DNA of 64,000 bases, taken from NCBI RefSeq assembly GCF_964194025.1, contig NC_134481.1, positions 14,260,001 through 14,324,000 of the forward strand, in the 5' to 3' direction. A program made the translations under genes and the position numbers. Below, piece by piece: positions 25,191 through 40,100 of the stretch (position 1 is the stretch's first letter; every line of letters starts with the position of its first letter). The notes beneath the pieces were generated by a model. That model ran no database searches. It was not told where the DNA came from and saw nothing but the letters and a program-made list of their open reading frames with translations. This stretch comes from Convolutriloba macropyga. Lineage: Eukaryota.

Positions 25191-28100
25191 ATGGTTAGAT
25201 TCTGTTTTCCATGTGTATGTATCTTTTGTGTTTGAGATACTCATATTGAGCATTGTCGTCATGTTTTAGCCTGCTGCAGCTCCGCCGGGTGAAGCGGAAA
25301 CAGTCAAAGTTGTTGTTCGATGTCGCCCTCTTTCCGACAATGAGAAGAAAACTGGTTATAACAGGTTTGTCCTTATGCTTCGGCTAAAACCCTTTGACAA
25401 GTGGTACTAAAACTTCTATCATGGATGTTATTGTCTTCAGAATAGTAGAGATGGACACAAAAATTGGTCGAATTGAAATAACTAATCCGGCCGATAAAAC
25501 AACGAAGGCATACACTTTCGATACTGTGTATGACTGGAAGTAAGGATCATTCAGTTTGTTTTATTATTTCTGATACCAAAACAAAAGCTAAATTGAAATG
25601 AAACGTTTAAGCTCCAAGCAACAAGATCTGTACGATGAAACTTTTCGAGGATTGGTCAATTCAGTTCTTGAAGGGTTCAACGGAACGATCTTCGCGTATG
25701 GCCAGACAGGTAATTGGATTATTTGATCGTGCGCTGATGAACTTGTAGAACTTAATTATGGAACCCAGCAATATTGTAATGCTTAATTACAGGAACTGGG
25801 AAAACTTTCACAATGGAAGGAGTCAGGTCAAACGCTGAGCTTCGAGGTGTCATTCCAAATTCATTTGACCACATATTTAATCACATTGCACGGAGTACAA
25901 ACACACAATTTTTGGTGCGAGCCTCATACTTGGAAATTTATCAGGAAGAAATTCGCGATCTTTTGTCAAAAGACCAATCGAAACGGCTAGAGCTGAGAGA
26001 ACGCGCTGATACGGGTGTCTATGTTAAAGACCTATCATCATTCGTGACTAAAAGTGTCAAAGAAATTGAGCATGTGATGAATGTTGGAAATCAGAACAGA
26101 TCTGTCGGGTTAGTGTTCAATCATTCGATCCCTAGATTTTATCCATTATTCTGCTCTATAGGTCTAACAGAATCGCAATTCGTGAAACTAATACTTAGAT
26201 TTTAGTATCGAAAAAGCAGCAATCACTGTCTATGACAGTAATTGAAATTTAATTGAGCATTGAGCTTGTTGGTCTTCGTCCATTTCATTCGTTACAATGA
26301 CTTCCGCTCAAATATACAGGGTTTTCTGCCTGGGTGTTCTCTATAAACATTTTCTGAAAACACGTTCTCAAGTTGTTATTTTTTTTGTTACTACTTTTAT
26401 GACCAAGTTTCTCTTTTTGCCTTAACATAAAGTTTTGGTTCCAACAACAGCTCGTGTCAGTTTTCATCAATTTGAAGATATTAACTTTGCCATAATTAAT
26501 TTGATTTGTATTTCACATTAACGTGTCGCTTCATTAATGTGTTGTGGTTCCAGCGCAACAAATATGAACGAGCACTCTAGTCGGTCACACGCAATTTTTA
26601 TCATCACTGTTGAGTGTAGTGAGTTGGGACAGGATGGCGAGAATCACATCCGAGTTGGCAAGTTGAACTTGGTTGACCTGGCTGGCAGTGAGCGTCAGAG
26701 CAAAACAGGATCTACGGTATGATTCATCTTCTTTGACTAAGCTTTATAAAGTACTGTTGAGCATTAATTGTAACAGAGAGTGAAAGAGGTGTTGAATGAG
26801 GTATTATCATTCTAAACAAGTCAGTAATGTTGCGTCGATGGCCAATTTCAGATAGTAGAACCTGCGAGTTCTTTTCTCAGACCTGTATGAGCAAATTGAT
26901 GTGCTTTTGCGTTATGATTTGCCTTCGCGGGTTAGAATTGGTGCTAGCAAATAAAATCAATATACCATTGCGAAATGGTAATCTGGCAATCATACATGGG
27001 GGTAATCTCTCAATTATACAATTATGTACTTGCGGGAGGGCCATGGAAAACAGTTTTTCCAGATGGGTCTACTTTTCTATTTTTTGAAAAAGAAAGCCTA
27101 ATTCGTAGCTTTTTCATGATATTTTATGATTTGCCTTCTCGGGTTAGAATTGGTGCTAGCAAATAAAATCAATATACCATTGCAAAGGTGTAATGTAGCA
27201 ATTATACAATTATTTACTTGCGAGAGGGCCAAGAAAAAAGTTTCTCAAAATTCGCCTATTTTTAAAATTAGATAGCCCAATTCGTAGCTTTTCAGGGTGA
27301 GCGATTGAAAGAAGCGACTAAAATCAATTTGTCATTGAGTGCATTGGGCAATGTGATTTCTTCCCTGGTTGATGCCAAGAGTAGCCACATTCCCTACAGA
27401 GACAGCAAGCTAACTCGATTGTTGCAAGACTCACTGGGAGGCAATGCAAAGACAGTGATGGTGGCGGCTATTGGACCAGCTAGTTATAATTATGAGGAGA
27501 CCTTGTCAACTATTCGGTGAGCCTGACAACTGTAGTTCTCGTAAATCGAAAAGTGAAAGAAACCGATTTCTCTATGAAATGCTCTTCCAATTTTTCTTAA
27601 TTTCTAATGTGAGTTTGAATTGAATTTTTGCGTTTTTTCTAAATATGATTTTTCATCAGTTTAAATAGTTTCCCATTCGAGAGCAGCTCAGTAGCCTACG
27701 TCACAATGCTTCGACGAAGTTTACCAAATTGATGAAAAATGCTGAGGGGAAAATTTTTGAAACAGTGAATGATCGAAATTTTTTGTAATTCAGTCTATAA
27801 GTGCATAAATTACTCTTTCGGCACTGGTTAAAAAACATCGCTTCTCAACTGGTAACAAATGTTAGCGAAAAGGTAATGTAATACATCAGCACGGAGAACG
27901 ATTTAATAATAAATAAATAAATTCGTTTTCAATACGATTATAACATCAAATGTTTATAATTTATTATTCTTTTAGCGGCCATCGTACCGACGGGATGCTA
28001 GGAGGCAATTTGCCTGTTTGAGCGCCGTCTCAGAGCCTTTCAAAGACATTTTTTGATGGGATTTGTCACATAAAAACGAGTAGCCAAAATTATCCCAAGA

Positions 28101-31100
28101 AAATAGGAGAATTTGGGCTGCTCGATTTTTTGTGATAAGTTACATCAAAAATTACTTAGAAAACGTATCAAACTACAGTGATTAATAGCCGCCCTCATCT
28201 TCTCAGCCGGCTATTATAGCGCTTCTATTTTTTTTACAATTCAAAGAATTTGAATTGTATTGGGGCGCTGTCTTTTTTTTAAGATCTGTTCACGCATTTT
28301 CATGATTTTTGAAGTCAAATTGGAGTTGTGATTTTGGTCACGCCGAAACAGGAAATGGAGCGAAAAAGCGAGTGGTTTTGCGGCGTGAATTTTTTTGCTC
28401 TAATTTTAAAGTAGAGTGAGAAAACGGTGTTTGAACAAAAATTTTGTTTTTCGGTAGTGGTTTTTTGTTCACATGCGGCAATTTCACTCTGGTTTTTATT
28501 GTTTTTTCGATTTTTTTGGAGCGGATTTTTTTGTAAATAGTTTTTCCAATCCATTCACAGCTCATTCTGGGCCTAGTTTTTTTAGAATCAAAATTACATA
28601 TCTCACTAGTGATTTTTTGTTCTCCCTAGCAGCATTTTGCCATTGATTTTCTGTTTTTTTTTGTTTTTTTTTTATCTGATTTTTTTTAGAAATGGTTTTC
28701 CCAATTCACTCATTATCCGTTCTAGTTCTAGTTGTTTGCTAAGTCAATGAAAATTCTTTGAATTGTACGTCAGGACTTGTCCTGCAATGTTTTTTTTTAC
28801 TTCGTCGAATAAAAAAATGTTTCGCTTTACCTCATTTTGCCGCTTTTTGTACATTTTGCGTGATATCTTTTTGACTTCTCTAGGCTAGTTTCTCTTTTCT
28901 CTCATTCTGCTAATAGTGATTTTGAACATCAGTTGCTCAGCAAAGCAATTCAAAATGAACAGAGTCAGTATAAAAAATCGAAGTCAGAATTAGAAACGTG
29001 ATAAACCCATAAAGCCCAATTTTAGATGCCCGCTATTTGAACATCGTTCCTATAAGTCTTAGTTACCATCTTTTATGCTTATTGGTATTGATAGTGGTCC
29101 CTGTAGCCTCTCTCTAAGAAGCAGAAGTATGTTCAATTACGAAATGCCATCAAAATAAATCGGACTTAAAAAATGTTTTTGTACAAAAATCTTTTTTTTT
29201 CAATATCTTCTATTCTTTTAATCCCAATCATGCTTATTGGAATCAACGGCGGCTATTTTCCGGCAATCTGCCGGGTATGTTTGACTTTGAACAGCTCTGA
29301 AACGGTGCTCAAACTCAAATTTAGCCTACATTTTCACACGTCCAGAAACAAATGAAATGTAGAGTTAACTTGCTCAGACCTCTGTGTTCTACTGGTTATT
29401 TCTATATGTACACGCCAAAATTGACTATTTTGTGTTGCTTTACTAACGAAGACCTCTCATTCGAATTTGCGGAAGTTAAAATATTTGTTTTTCAAACTCG
29501 AAATGTCTAATTTATAAAAAGAAATCGAGCTGATGCACATGCTTTTTACATGCTTTAGGCCAATAAAAAAGTGTAATACAGACAGATAGTTTCGAATTGT
29601 GGAGTGTTTTTAATCAACATGCTTAAAAAGTGATATGTATTGATTTTCGAATGAACTTCGGGTCAGATATTGGGAATGTTGTCTTAAAACAACAAAGGTT
29701 TTTGGTTTTTGAAATCTTGTCAGAATATGGAAAAATTGACCCGCAGAGCATCGGCGTGTAAAATGGGTAGGTGGAGTAGATGAAATTTTGTTAATATTGT
29801 TAATTGCTCTCGAACGAAGTTCGTAGCAATTATTGTAAACGTGTTGGTCTTTTTCATGCAAACTTTTTTGCTTGACCGATTTTGCGTTTTTCTTCTAGAA
29901 CATTGGACTTCTCAATTGACTTTTTCACACTTTCGTTCTTTTTGAGTGATATCGATTGCTCTCACTCCGAAGTAAAGCTTGTTGCTAAAATAAAATCGAT
30001 TGCAGCGCAGCAAAATGAGGCCTGATAGCCGAGTGGGCAGCGCTTCTGGTGATGGATAGGGAGGTCAATGGTTCAAATCCGGGCGTGGTCAACTGTTTTT
30101 ACAGCCATAAAGAAAAATTTATCTAGGCTACATCCCCTGAATTAAATTGCATCGCCTGTCGTTCGAGAGCAATTCTTCCGACATTAGTCGGTTTATTTTT
30201 GTTTTTAAATACTTTTTTAAATAACTGCCATCAGCCTCCCAATGGTTATTATTTTGGCGTTCTCCTTTTTTTACAATCCAAGAATTGGATTGTATTGGTG
30301 CTGACTCTTTTGTTTGATCTTTCAAAACGGGATAAATAGGCAAGGCCCAGTGGACATGAAGTTTCATTTGAATCCCTCAGGTAGCTTTAGTAATCTTTTA
30401 TGTGCTTAGAGTGCTGCAGATGCCAGGAAGGCATCAATTCTAGGTTAAAAGGTTTTAAGAGTTTTGAGCGAAAAATGTTGCAATTTAGTGTAATTTTTCG
30501 AGTTTTTTGTTTGATTAGTCGAAAATTGACGTTTGTCAAAGTTGATAAAGGTCTTTCGCAAGGTATAATCAATTGCTATGGCCATTTTATGAGCTATGCG
30601 TGTAGGTAATGCAAACATAATAAAAAAGTCATACTAATTAATAGCCGCGAAAATATAGCGGCTATTATTGGGGACATCGTGTTTTTTTTTAAATTCGTCG
30701 TTTCCATCGATGATTTTTGTGATTGGACTTCTTGGAATTGACTTCATCAATTTAATTGATTTCTACTGCTTTGCAGTTAAATTTTGTGTGTGACGTCATT
30801 TGTTCTTCTTTTAGGTCAATTGCATGACTTTCCTCACTCAATAAAATGACTTCTGATCTCACTTAATGAACTTTAAATTTTGTGAACGTTTACTAATTAA
30901 AGGTCAATTGTGTGCATCTAAGTGGTGCCAAACGTATGTGCTCCAATTTTTGACTATTGGAGTCTTGAGTTTTTGATTTTTAATATTAATTTTGAAAAAG
31001 CTTCATTATGGCTTTTTCCTTATAGAGCGTATGTGTCATAAAATTGACAGTCCGAATCTAACTAAGAAATCTAGTGGTGTATTAAGGGACTGGTAGTCAA

Positions 31101-34100
31101 TCTGTCTATCTTATTTTTTTACTTCTTTCTATTCATGGAAGGCCACAAGCGTCTATCGCGGCTATTTTCCGGCAATCTGTTCGCCATTTTTTTTGGAAAT
31201 TTTTGTCATTTTTTAGCCTTTTCCGTCTCAGGGGCCGTAAAACCTCCTCGAGGGTTTGAAAATAAATTGCTGCATAGTTTTGAATGGCAATGGATTGGTT
31301 TTCAACATGTTAATGTCACGAGTTTTAGCAACTTTAGAAAAACTTTTTTGAATTTTGCTAAAATTTTTGTCATGTGAGTTTTTTTGAGCCTCCGGGGCCA
31401 TAAAGTCTCCCCTAGAATCTGATAAATTTTTGGATAATTTTTAGTTGCAGTGAAGTTGTCATCAACATTTTAATATCACGAATTCTGCTGCATAGTTGCG
31501 GTGGGCAATAAAATTGTATTCAACTTTTTAATATCACTAATTTTTGCGATTTTTTCAAATAAAATTTGAAACTTTTTCATTGTTTCTAAAAAGTTCCTAG
31601 TTTATCGATCTTTATGAGCCAATGCAATTTTTTGAGGCTTGAAATTGGGTGAATGGACAGCATCTGGAGATCATGAAATGGTTCTGAAGAAACTGATAGC
31701 TCAAACTTTAGCAACATTTCATTAAACTTTGTAATTGTTTTCGAGTTTTCTGTAATTTGTCAACTTGTAAAATTATCAATTGTTACGGGCCAATGAATCT
31801 TTTAAGGTCTTGCAGTTAATTTATGGGGCAGAGTCCAGAGAAAAGGAGGGGTTTTTGAACTTTTTAATATTGCGAAAATAAACTTTCTTTAAATTTTCCA
31901 ATTTTCATTTTTCATTTTTACTATTTGTTGTCAAAGCTCTTCAAGGCTTGCGCTTGGGTTATTGGCTGTATTCAATTGTATCGTTGTTCAGGTTAAAAAG
32001 TCTCAAGAGTTTTTTGCAATGATTATATTTTTTGTTCAATTTGCTTCATTTTTATTTCAACTTTTGAGATTGTTTTTTTTTTGGCGGGCAGGTGCAGCAA
32101 TTATAAGTTGTTCATTCAATTCTTTGAATTGTATTTCAGGACTTTTCCCGCTATGTTATTTTAATTCGCTTTACCATTTGATCACATTTTTCGTTTTACA
32201 TAAGCCACGATTTTCATGCTTGACTTCTGACTTACATCACTCACTGTTTCAACTGAATGGATTTTAAATTCTTTCACGCATTGAATTACGCAATGTAGTG
32301 AATACGGGCAAAGTCAAAAGAGCAAAATGAAGAGAAAGATAAAAAGAAACAGTATAAGCATATAAAGCCCGGTCATTCGGTCATAGTGCATTAGGTTATC
32401 AAAGTTCGCTAAACCGATTGTTAGCTGCTTTTAGTATTATGCTTAATAGCGTTCAGTTTAGAAGCTGAATTAACTGTAATTTTAGAATCTAACCGAATGT
32501 GCAGAATTTGCACACCAAATAAAAATTTTGACAATTAGTATAATTCTGTCAGTTTCTGGCTCTTATTTTTTGTCTGTTTAAATCCCAATGTGTGTCATGC
32601 GGGTGAACGGCTGCTATTTTCCGGCAATTTGCGGGCTATGTTTGATATTTGTTCTCTTCCAGGTATGCAAACAGAGCAAAGAACATCAAAAATCAACCGA
32701 AGATCAACGAGGATCCGAAAGATGCTCTTCTGCGGAAGTTCCAACAGGAGTTGCTCAAGTTAGTGGGTTTTCTGTTCATTATCTAATCCTAAAAATTGGC
32801 TGTTTGATATTGGTTCATCTTTGAAGAAAGGATGAAACTGAATCGAAAAAAAAACAAAATTTTCCAAAATTATTTGTAAATTTCAGTCATTATGAAGTTA
32901 TTAGTTTTGCTCAATCTACACGAGCCATACCAATTGAGTATATTAACTTTGCCGTCGTTTGTTAAACAGGTTGAGGGAGGCACTAACTAAGAAAGGAGGC
33001 GGTGGTGGTGGATCATCTGAGAAACGAAGTAAGAGAGGTCGACGTAAGAAGAAAGTCATGAACGCCAGCGGAGGTCAGTTAAACCTGATGTGATTTTTTT
33101 ATACTGTATAATACACATTCGTAAAGACTGAGTTTTGAAACACATACGGTCAAGTTTTTTAGTGCTGAAAGTCGGTAATGCCACATGGTGAGGGCAGGAA
33201 TAGGTCTGAACAGATGCATTTATTGTGATGCACCAGTACTGTAACCAAATCGCAGTCTCTAAGGTGGCGAGACTAGTGCGCTACAACATTGCTCCAACTG
33301 CTTTTAATATCTCGGAACTTAGTACTCTTTACTCTGAGCAAGCGCAGTTTCTGTTCTAAGCCATATTGAGTTTAAAATGTGCTCCCTGAGAAATAAATGA
33401 TTTTGCAAAATTGATTGATGTTTTTAATTGCTCTCGTGAGAAGTCTTTTTTTGTGCAAAATTGTAACTTGGCCGTTTTGATTATTTGATTAGCGGCAGTT
33501 TACTTCTATAAGTGTAACTAAATTTGTAAATCTGTCATTTGAGAGCAATTATTGTCACTTTAGTTGGTTTATGTTAAGAAATGGAGGAAATATCAGAATC
33601 AGAGGACGATGACGAAGGTGAAGGAGGGGGCAACTCAGCTGAAGCGGAGGCTGAATTCATGAAGGCGGAACAGGCTAAGTTAGAAGAGGACAAACAGAAA
33701 CTGATGGCTGATCAGAGCATTATTGCAGAACAGAAGTCCAAGTTGCTAGCCGACATGGAGAAGAAAGCCAATGAGCTTAGCAAACGACAGAAAGATCACG
33801 ATTTGCTCGTTAATAAGATTAAGGTCTGTATTAGCATTATTTGGTTAAACGAAAACACGAAATAATTTGCAAACAGATTGTGGCAAAGTATTTTTAATTG
33901 CTCTAAAACAAAGTTTGTTTTAATTATATTGGTCCTGCTGGTCTTTTTTAATGCAGCTTTTCGTCTGTTCGTTTTGCGGTCTGGCCATTTGACTTTTTGT
34001 CCTCAAAAACGAGATAAACAGGTAAAGCCCGAATGGCATTAAGTTCTTTTAGATCCTTATTAATTGCTCTCGAATGAGAAGCAATTATTGTAAACGTATG

Positions 34101-37100
34101 TCTTTTTTATGCATTTTTGATTTTTGAGTGATTTCAGTTGCTCTTACTCCGAAATAAAGTTTGTTGTTCAAACAAAACCGATTGTTAGAGAGTTGAAAAC
34201 AAGGACCTGATAGCCGAGTGGTTAATACCTCCGTCAAAGTGACGGAAGACGACTCAGGAGGTCCGGGTGCGAATTGTACTGTGTCTTCGCACGACCCATA
34301 ATGAAAAATTTATCTAGCCCACAGCCTCTGAAGTAAATTGCGCCACCTGTCATGCGAGAGCTATTTTTCCAACGTTAGTCGGTTAATGTTGTCTTACTGG
34401 TCTCTAAGTATGCGACTCACCAAAAACTGTTTGAGATAACTACATGTGAACCACCTCCACCTCACTTCACTCGTACCACTACTTGTTTTCGTGATTGCTT
34501 TCGTGGGAATAAAAACGAAGTATTAAAAGTAATAGTCAGGTTAATTTCTCCCAAACGTCCGCAACTATTTGTAGCAACTATTTGGGTCCTATGACTCGAA
34601 GTGGCGGAGAACTGTTTTTTTTTCATGATTTGTTTACGAACCGAAGATGAGTAATCGTTTTCAATACGTCTTTTTAATAGCCGCTCAGCGATAGCTGGGG
34701 CTATTATTGGCCTTCTCTTGGTTTTTTTTTATTTCGTCGTCATGATTTTTGTTACGACCATATGACGTCACAGCCACTTTTTGTTCATTCGTTCATGCAA
34801 TTTCAACTGAATTGCATGTGTGACGTCAGTTTTCGCTCTTAGGGGAGCGAGTTCTTTTGTTCATGCGCGTGATTAAATTTTTGGTCACACTTGACTTACC
34901 TCACTCTCAAAAATGACTTCCTCACTTTGAAATTGACTTTTATTTACTTTAATTCAAAGAGATGAGGTCAAATGGGTGTGGTTCACTCTAAATGAAGGTT
35001 ATTTGAGATCAGCTAATAGAGGCAGCAATAACTTTACAGATTTTTAATCAAAATATAACAGATCAGCCTTCAATGAAAAGACGAATTTTTTTGGTCTGTC
35101 TTTTTTACTGTTTTTTTTAGACTGCCGATCTACGAATCTATTGCGGCTATTTTCTGGCAATCTGCCAGCTATGTTTGTTTAATAGCTGCGTCAGCAATTC
35201 CAGGCGGCTATTATTGAGCACCTAATTTTTTTTAACAATTCAAAGAATTTGAATTGTATTGGGGCGCTGTCTTTTTTTTAAGATCTGTTCATACATTTTC
35301 ATGATTTTTGAAGTCAAATTGGAGTAGTGATTTTGGTCACGCCGGATCGGGAAGTGGAGCGAAAAAGCGAGTGGTGTAGTGGCGTGAATTTCTTTAAAGT
35401 AGAGTGAGAAAACGATGTTTGAACTGAACTTTGCTTTCCCTCTTGTGGTTTTTTGTTCACATGCGGCAATTTCACTTTAATATTTGCTGTTTTCGATTTT
35501 TTGAATCGGACTTTTTTCTAAATGGTTTTCCCAATCCATTCATAGTTCATTCTAGGCCTACGTTTGTGTTTGAACCAAATTTCCATTTCTGGCTAGTGGT
35601 TTTTTGTTCATATGTGGCATTTTAACATATTTGTTTTTCTGTTTTTTTGTTTTTCTGATCTAAATTTTTAAGTATGGTTTTCCCAATTCACTCCTAGTCT
35701 GGTTTAGGTCTAGTTTTTTGTTTAGTCAATGAAAATTCTTTGAATTGTACGTCAGGACTTGTCCTGCTGTGTTTTTTACATCGTCTAACAGATTTTTGTT
35801 TCGTCTTACCACCTGACTTCTTGGAATTAACTTTTTCAATGACTTCATTGACTTCTACTGTTTTGCAGTTAAAATTTGTATGCGTGACGTCACTTCTGCT
35901 TTAAGATCAATTGCATGACTTACCTCACTCAAAAAAATGACTTCTGAACTCACTTATGGAACTGAATTTTATGAACATTTTCTAAAAGATTTTTTAAGAT
36001 CAATAGTGTGCATCTAAGTAGTGCCAAACTTATATGCCCTAATTCTTGAGTATTAGTCTTGAGTATAGACCGTATGTGTCATAAATATGACAGTCCAAAT
36101 CTAACACAAAAAGTCTAGTGGACTATTAAAGGACTGGTGGTCGATCGCGGCTATTTTCCGGCATTCTGCCGGCTGTTTTTTTCCAGGTATAGCTTGTGCA
36201 GGCGTTTGTCCTTGAGTCACTCTCAGAAAATTACTTTTGCACTTATTAGCTAAATGTCTACTCAGGAGACCAGTTTAAGATTATTCATGGTGAAAACGTT
36301 AGCTGAGGAGGTTTTGGCTCAATTTTTTTTTCAATTCAATTATCCGAATCCCCTTCCAACCCATATCCAGCGAATCCCATTCCAACCCCAATTCTATTGT
36401 CAGGTGGTTTGTTAGTTTTGATTTCAGGTTAAAGTTGTACGAAGTTTGGATTCGTTTCTGGTGTTTTTGACAATGTGTTTTAGCTGAAAAGTATCTGATC
36501 ATAGCTTGAACTTTGACAGCCTTCTTTTCGAAGATTGACTTTTGTATAGGCACGTTGCGCAGTGAATTTAAGAGTAATTAGTTTAGTTCTGATATTCATT
36601 GTTTAGTAAACTGGTATTTGTCAAGATAATGTCATTTTGAGAAGTTTTGATTATAGCTCCTGCTGCCTACCTAATCTATTACCCCACCCCCTCGCCTATC
36701 CCCTACCTACATCCTTCCCCGAACATAAGTTTTTCTCCTGTTTTTGAAAGCAGTTTGCAGAGTAATATTACGCAATACACTTTTTTTGGTTTTATGTTCC
36801 AGGTAAGTTTAGGTCTCGAGTTTTTATTGCACGACACTTGAAGTCGATTTCGGTATTCAATCAAAGTTTTCAAGAATTATATTAGTCCTGTGGTCTTTTT
36901 ATGCGATTTTTCTCTTGACCAATTTTTTGTCTGGTCCATTTGACTTTTAGTCCTCAAAAAACGAGATAAACAGGTAAAGCTGGGAGGGCATTAAGGGTAT
37001 TGGCAGCTCTCTTACAGTCTTGCTAGTCACTAAGAATGCGATTTTCCTAAAACTGTTTTGAAACAATTTTATGGTGTTAAGGGCGGTTCTCTCTTTATCT

Positions 37101-40100
37101 AAAAAGTTTGACCCCCTCCCATACTCCCCCAGTCTATGCTCCTCCATATGGTGGCGATTCGGACCCTCTTCTCGTCCAGCCCTCCCAATCCGTGCTTGGA
37201 GAGCAATTTGTTTGACGGTAGTCGGTTGTTTTTTTTTAAATGCTCTACGCTTTGGTCACGTTTTCCGTTTTACACAAGTCACGTTTTCCGTTTTAAACAA
37301 GTCGGGACGTGTGAGTTCTGACTTCCCGCACTGACTATTGCAGCTGAAATATAGGTTACGTTACTATGCTACAAGTCTCCGAAGAAATTGGCTTTTATCG
37401 AGAACCAGTAACAGCTCATGAGGTTAAAACAGAATTTGGAACTGACATCTGCATCTGACGGAACCTTGTTTAAAACACGGAACTTGCTGGGCTTAAAATG
37501 CCGAAAGTTTGTGGAAGTCAATGTTAGCAATGTATATAGGAACTTCTGGCACTGAAGATTTTCGGAATTTTAAAACTTGCACGTGTGTATTTAAATGAAG
37601 TTCAGAATTTGTTAACAAAACTGTATGGTTTAATGAAGAAAATGGAAAGACTCGTGATTAAGCGCGGGCATTAAGACTTGGTACATGAAGTTACTAATTG
37701 CACTCAAAGGAAGTTTGTAGCACTTATCTTTTTTATAATAGATTTACTACAGCTGCTACTATCTGTGTTCTTTTTTTCTAATACGATCATTCGCTTGACC
37801 AATTTTTTGTCTGGCACATGACTTTTCGTCCTCAAAAACGGAATAAACAGGCAATGCTCGGAGGTCGTTCAGTTCTCTTAGAGCCTTGCGCCTAACCAGT
37901 CTCTAAGAATGTGGTTCACCAAGACTGTTTTGAGGCGACAATTTTATGGTGTGAAGGGCGGTTCTGAATCTTTGACCTCTCCACTCAATCACCCCCCCAT
38001 TACCACCACCACCAATCAGTTGACCCCCTCTCAATGCTTGCATTTCTGAGCCCCAGCTGGGTACTACCGAAGTCAACCGCTCGCTGGTTGTTTGAGATCG
38101 ATTTTTCTTCTGATTGTTTGACTTCTCCAGTGACGCTTTCACCCCTGACATTGATTTTATTACTCATAAAGAGCGCGAAAATGGTTTCCAATTTAGGCTT
38201 TAAAAGTGATCTATAAGAAGCTCTAATACCATCATTTTAAGGCAGTTAGTAGCATTATAGCCGCTCGGTTAAAATATGGCACAATCGACCGCCGTGTGTT
38301 ATTTGAGAGAAATTGAAGTGAACGCTGTCGGTTATTAATAGCCGCCCTCATTTTCTCAGCCGGCTATTATAGCGCTCCTATTTTTTTCTTTTTTACTTCG
38401 TCGAATAAAATGTTTCGCTTTACCTCATTTTGCCGCTTTTTCAACATTGTGCGTGATATCTTTTTGACTTCTCTAGGCTAGTTTCTCTCTTCTCTCATTC
38501 TGCTAAGAGTGATTTTGAACATCAGTTGCTCAGCAAAGCAATTCAAAATGAACACAGTCAGTATAAAAAATTGAAGTCAGAAGTAGAAACGGGATAAACC
38601 CATAAAGCCCAATTTTAGATGCCCGCTATTTGAACGTCGTTCCTATAAGTCTTAGTTACCCTTTCTAATGCTTATTGGTATTGATAGTAGCCCCTGTAGC
38701 CTCTCTATAAGAAACAGAAGTACGTTATGTTCAACTACGAAATTCCATCAAAATAAATCGGACTTAAAAAATGTTTTTGTACAAAAATCTCTTTTTTTTA
38801 ATATCTTTTCTTTCAATCCCAATCATGCTTATTGGAATCAACGGCGGCTATTTTCCGGCAATCTGCCGGGTATGTTCAAATTTTGGAACAGTTTCAGATT
38901 AATAGGAATTTTAATCATGAACAAGGTAAGGTCATTTTAGACAATGGAGAGCAAATTACTAGTGGGTGGTAAGACAATCTACGACCACACAACTGAGCAG
39001 GAAGCAGCAATTGAGAAGAAGAGGAGTGAGATTGCACAACAGGCGGCCAAAGAGAGGGAGATGGCGAGGAAGTTGGCGGAGAAAGAGGAAACCACACTCG
39101 GCATGCAAGAGACGTACAAGTCTCTCAAGGAGGAGGTCGATGTCAAGTCCAAGAGACTCAAAAAGGTGCGTCTTTATAGATTTGAATTTGAGGCGTAAAT
39201 ATGTAATGTAGGCGATGTTGAGGCTCGGCCAATTTCAGCAAGTGGGTCTGAACAGTTTTGTTTGTAGTCTTACAACTGGGGCATGAAATGCTAAGCCATT
39301 TCCAACTCTGATCATCCCTTTTTAATCAACTCCTGTTTTAATTGAGAGAAAGCCTTGAACCAACTTTCGAACAGTTTGAAAAAGCCAGATCTCTGCGGCG
39401 CGAGATTATAGAATTCCGGATTTTGTATACACAGTAAGTTCCAGATTTTGAAACTTGCAATATTCCTGTTTCAAATACTCTGCTGAAGTCACGTTGAAAT
39501 TCTGGGTTATATCTCGAACCGCTACGCGTATCTCGACAACTGTTTGATTCTCAGTGACTTCATCAACGTCACGTAACCTTTCTTTGTGCAAAGTTTGAAT
39601 CTATTCCAAATTGTTCGCAGTGCTCAAATAACTAGTCTTAATTAATTTATTATTTGCTCTTGAACGAAGTTCATAGCAATTATTGTAATCGTGTGTGTCT
39701 TGTTTTATGCAAAATTTTTGCTTGACAATTTTGACTTTTCGAGTGACTTTTACGCCCTTGACTACTTGCGTTTAGCGTGATCTCAAATTCTATCTCAATC
39801 ACAATTTCAAGCAGCTGAATTCAATTGGCGGCAATTTAATACGAAAAGTCAAATGAAAAGTGCGCCGAAACTGGTGCCATTTTTGCTGTAAATCTTAATA
39901 GTGGTATATGTTAACCTCTAATGTGGTTGTTCGAAGCCCAGTATTGAACTTTTTAGTCCCATTTAGGCGAGACTTCCTTTCTGCTTTAAGGTCAATTGCG
40001 TGACTTAACTCACCAAAAAATGACTTCTGAAATTACTTATGGAATTTTAAATTTTGTGAACTTTTACTAATTTAAGGTCAATAGTATGCATCTAAGTAAG

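Noticed and set aside
33180-33340. GC-richer intronic stretch with an AGTCTC/GAGACT hairpin, possible snoRNA
   Set aside because: No convincing C/D or H/ACA box pair with a terminal stem could be established by eye.
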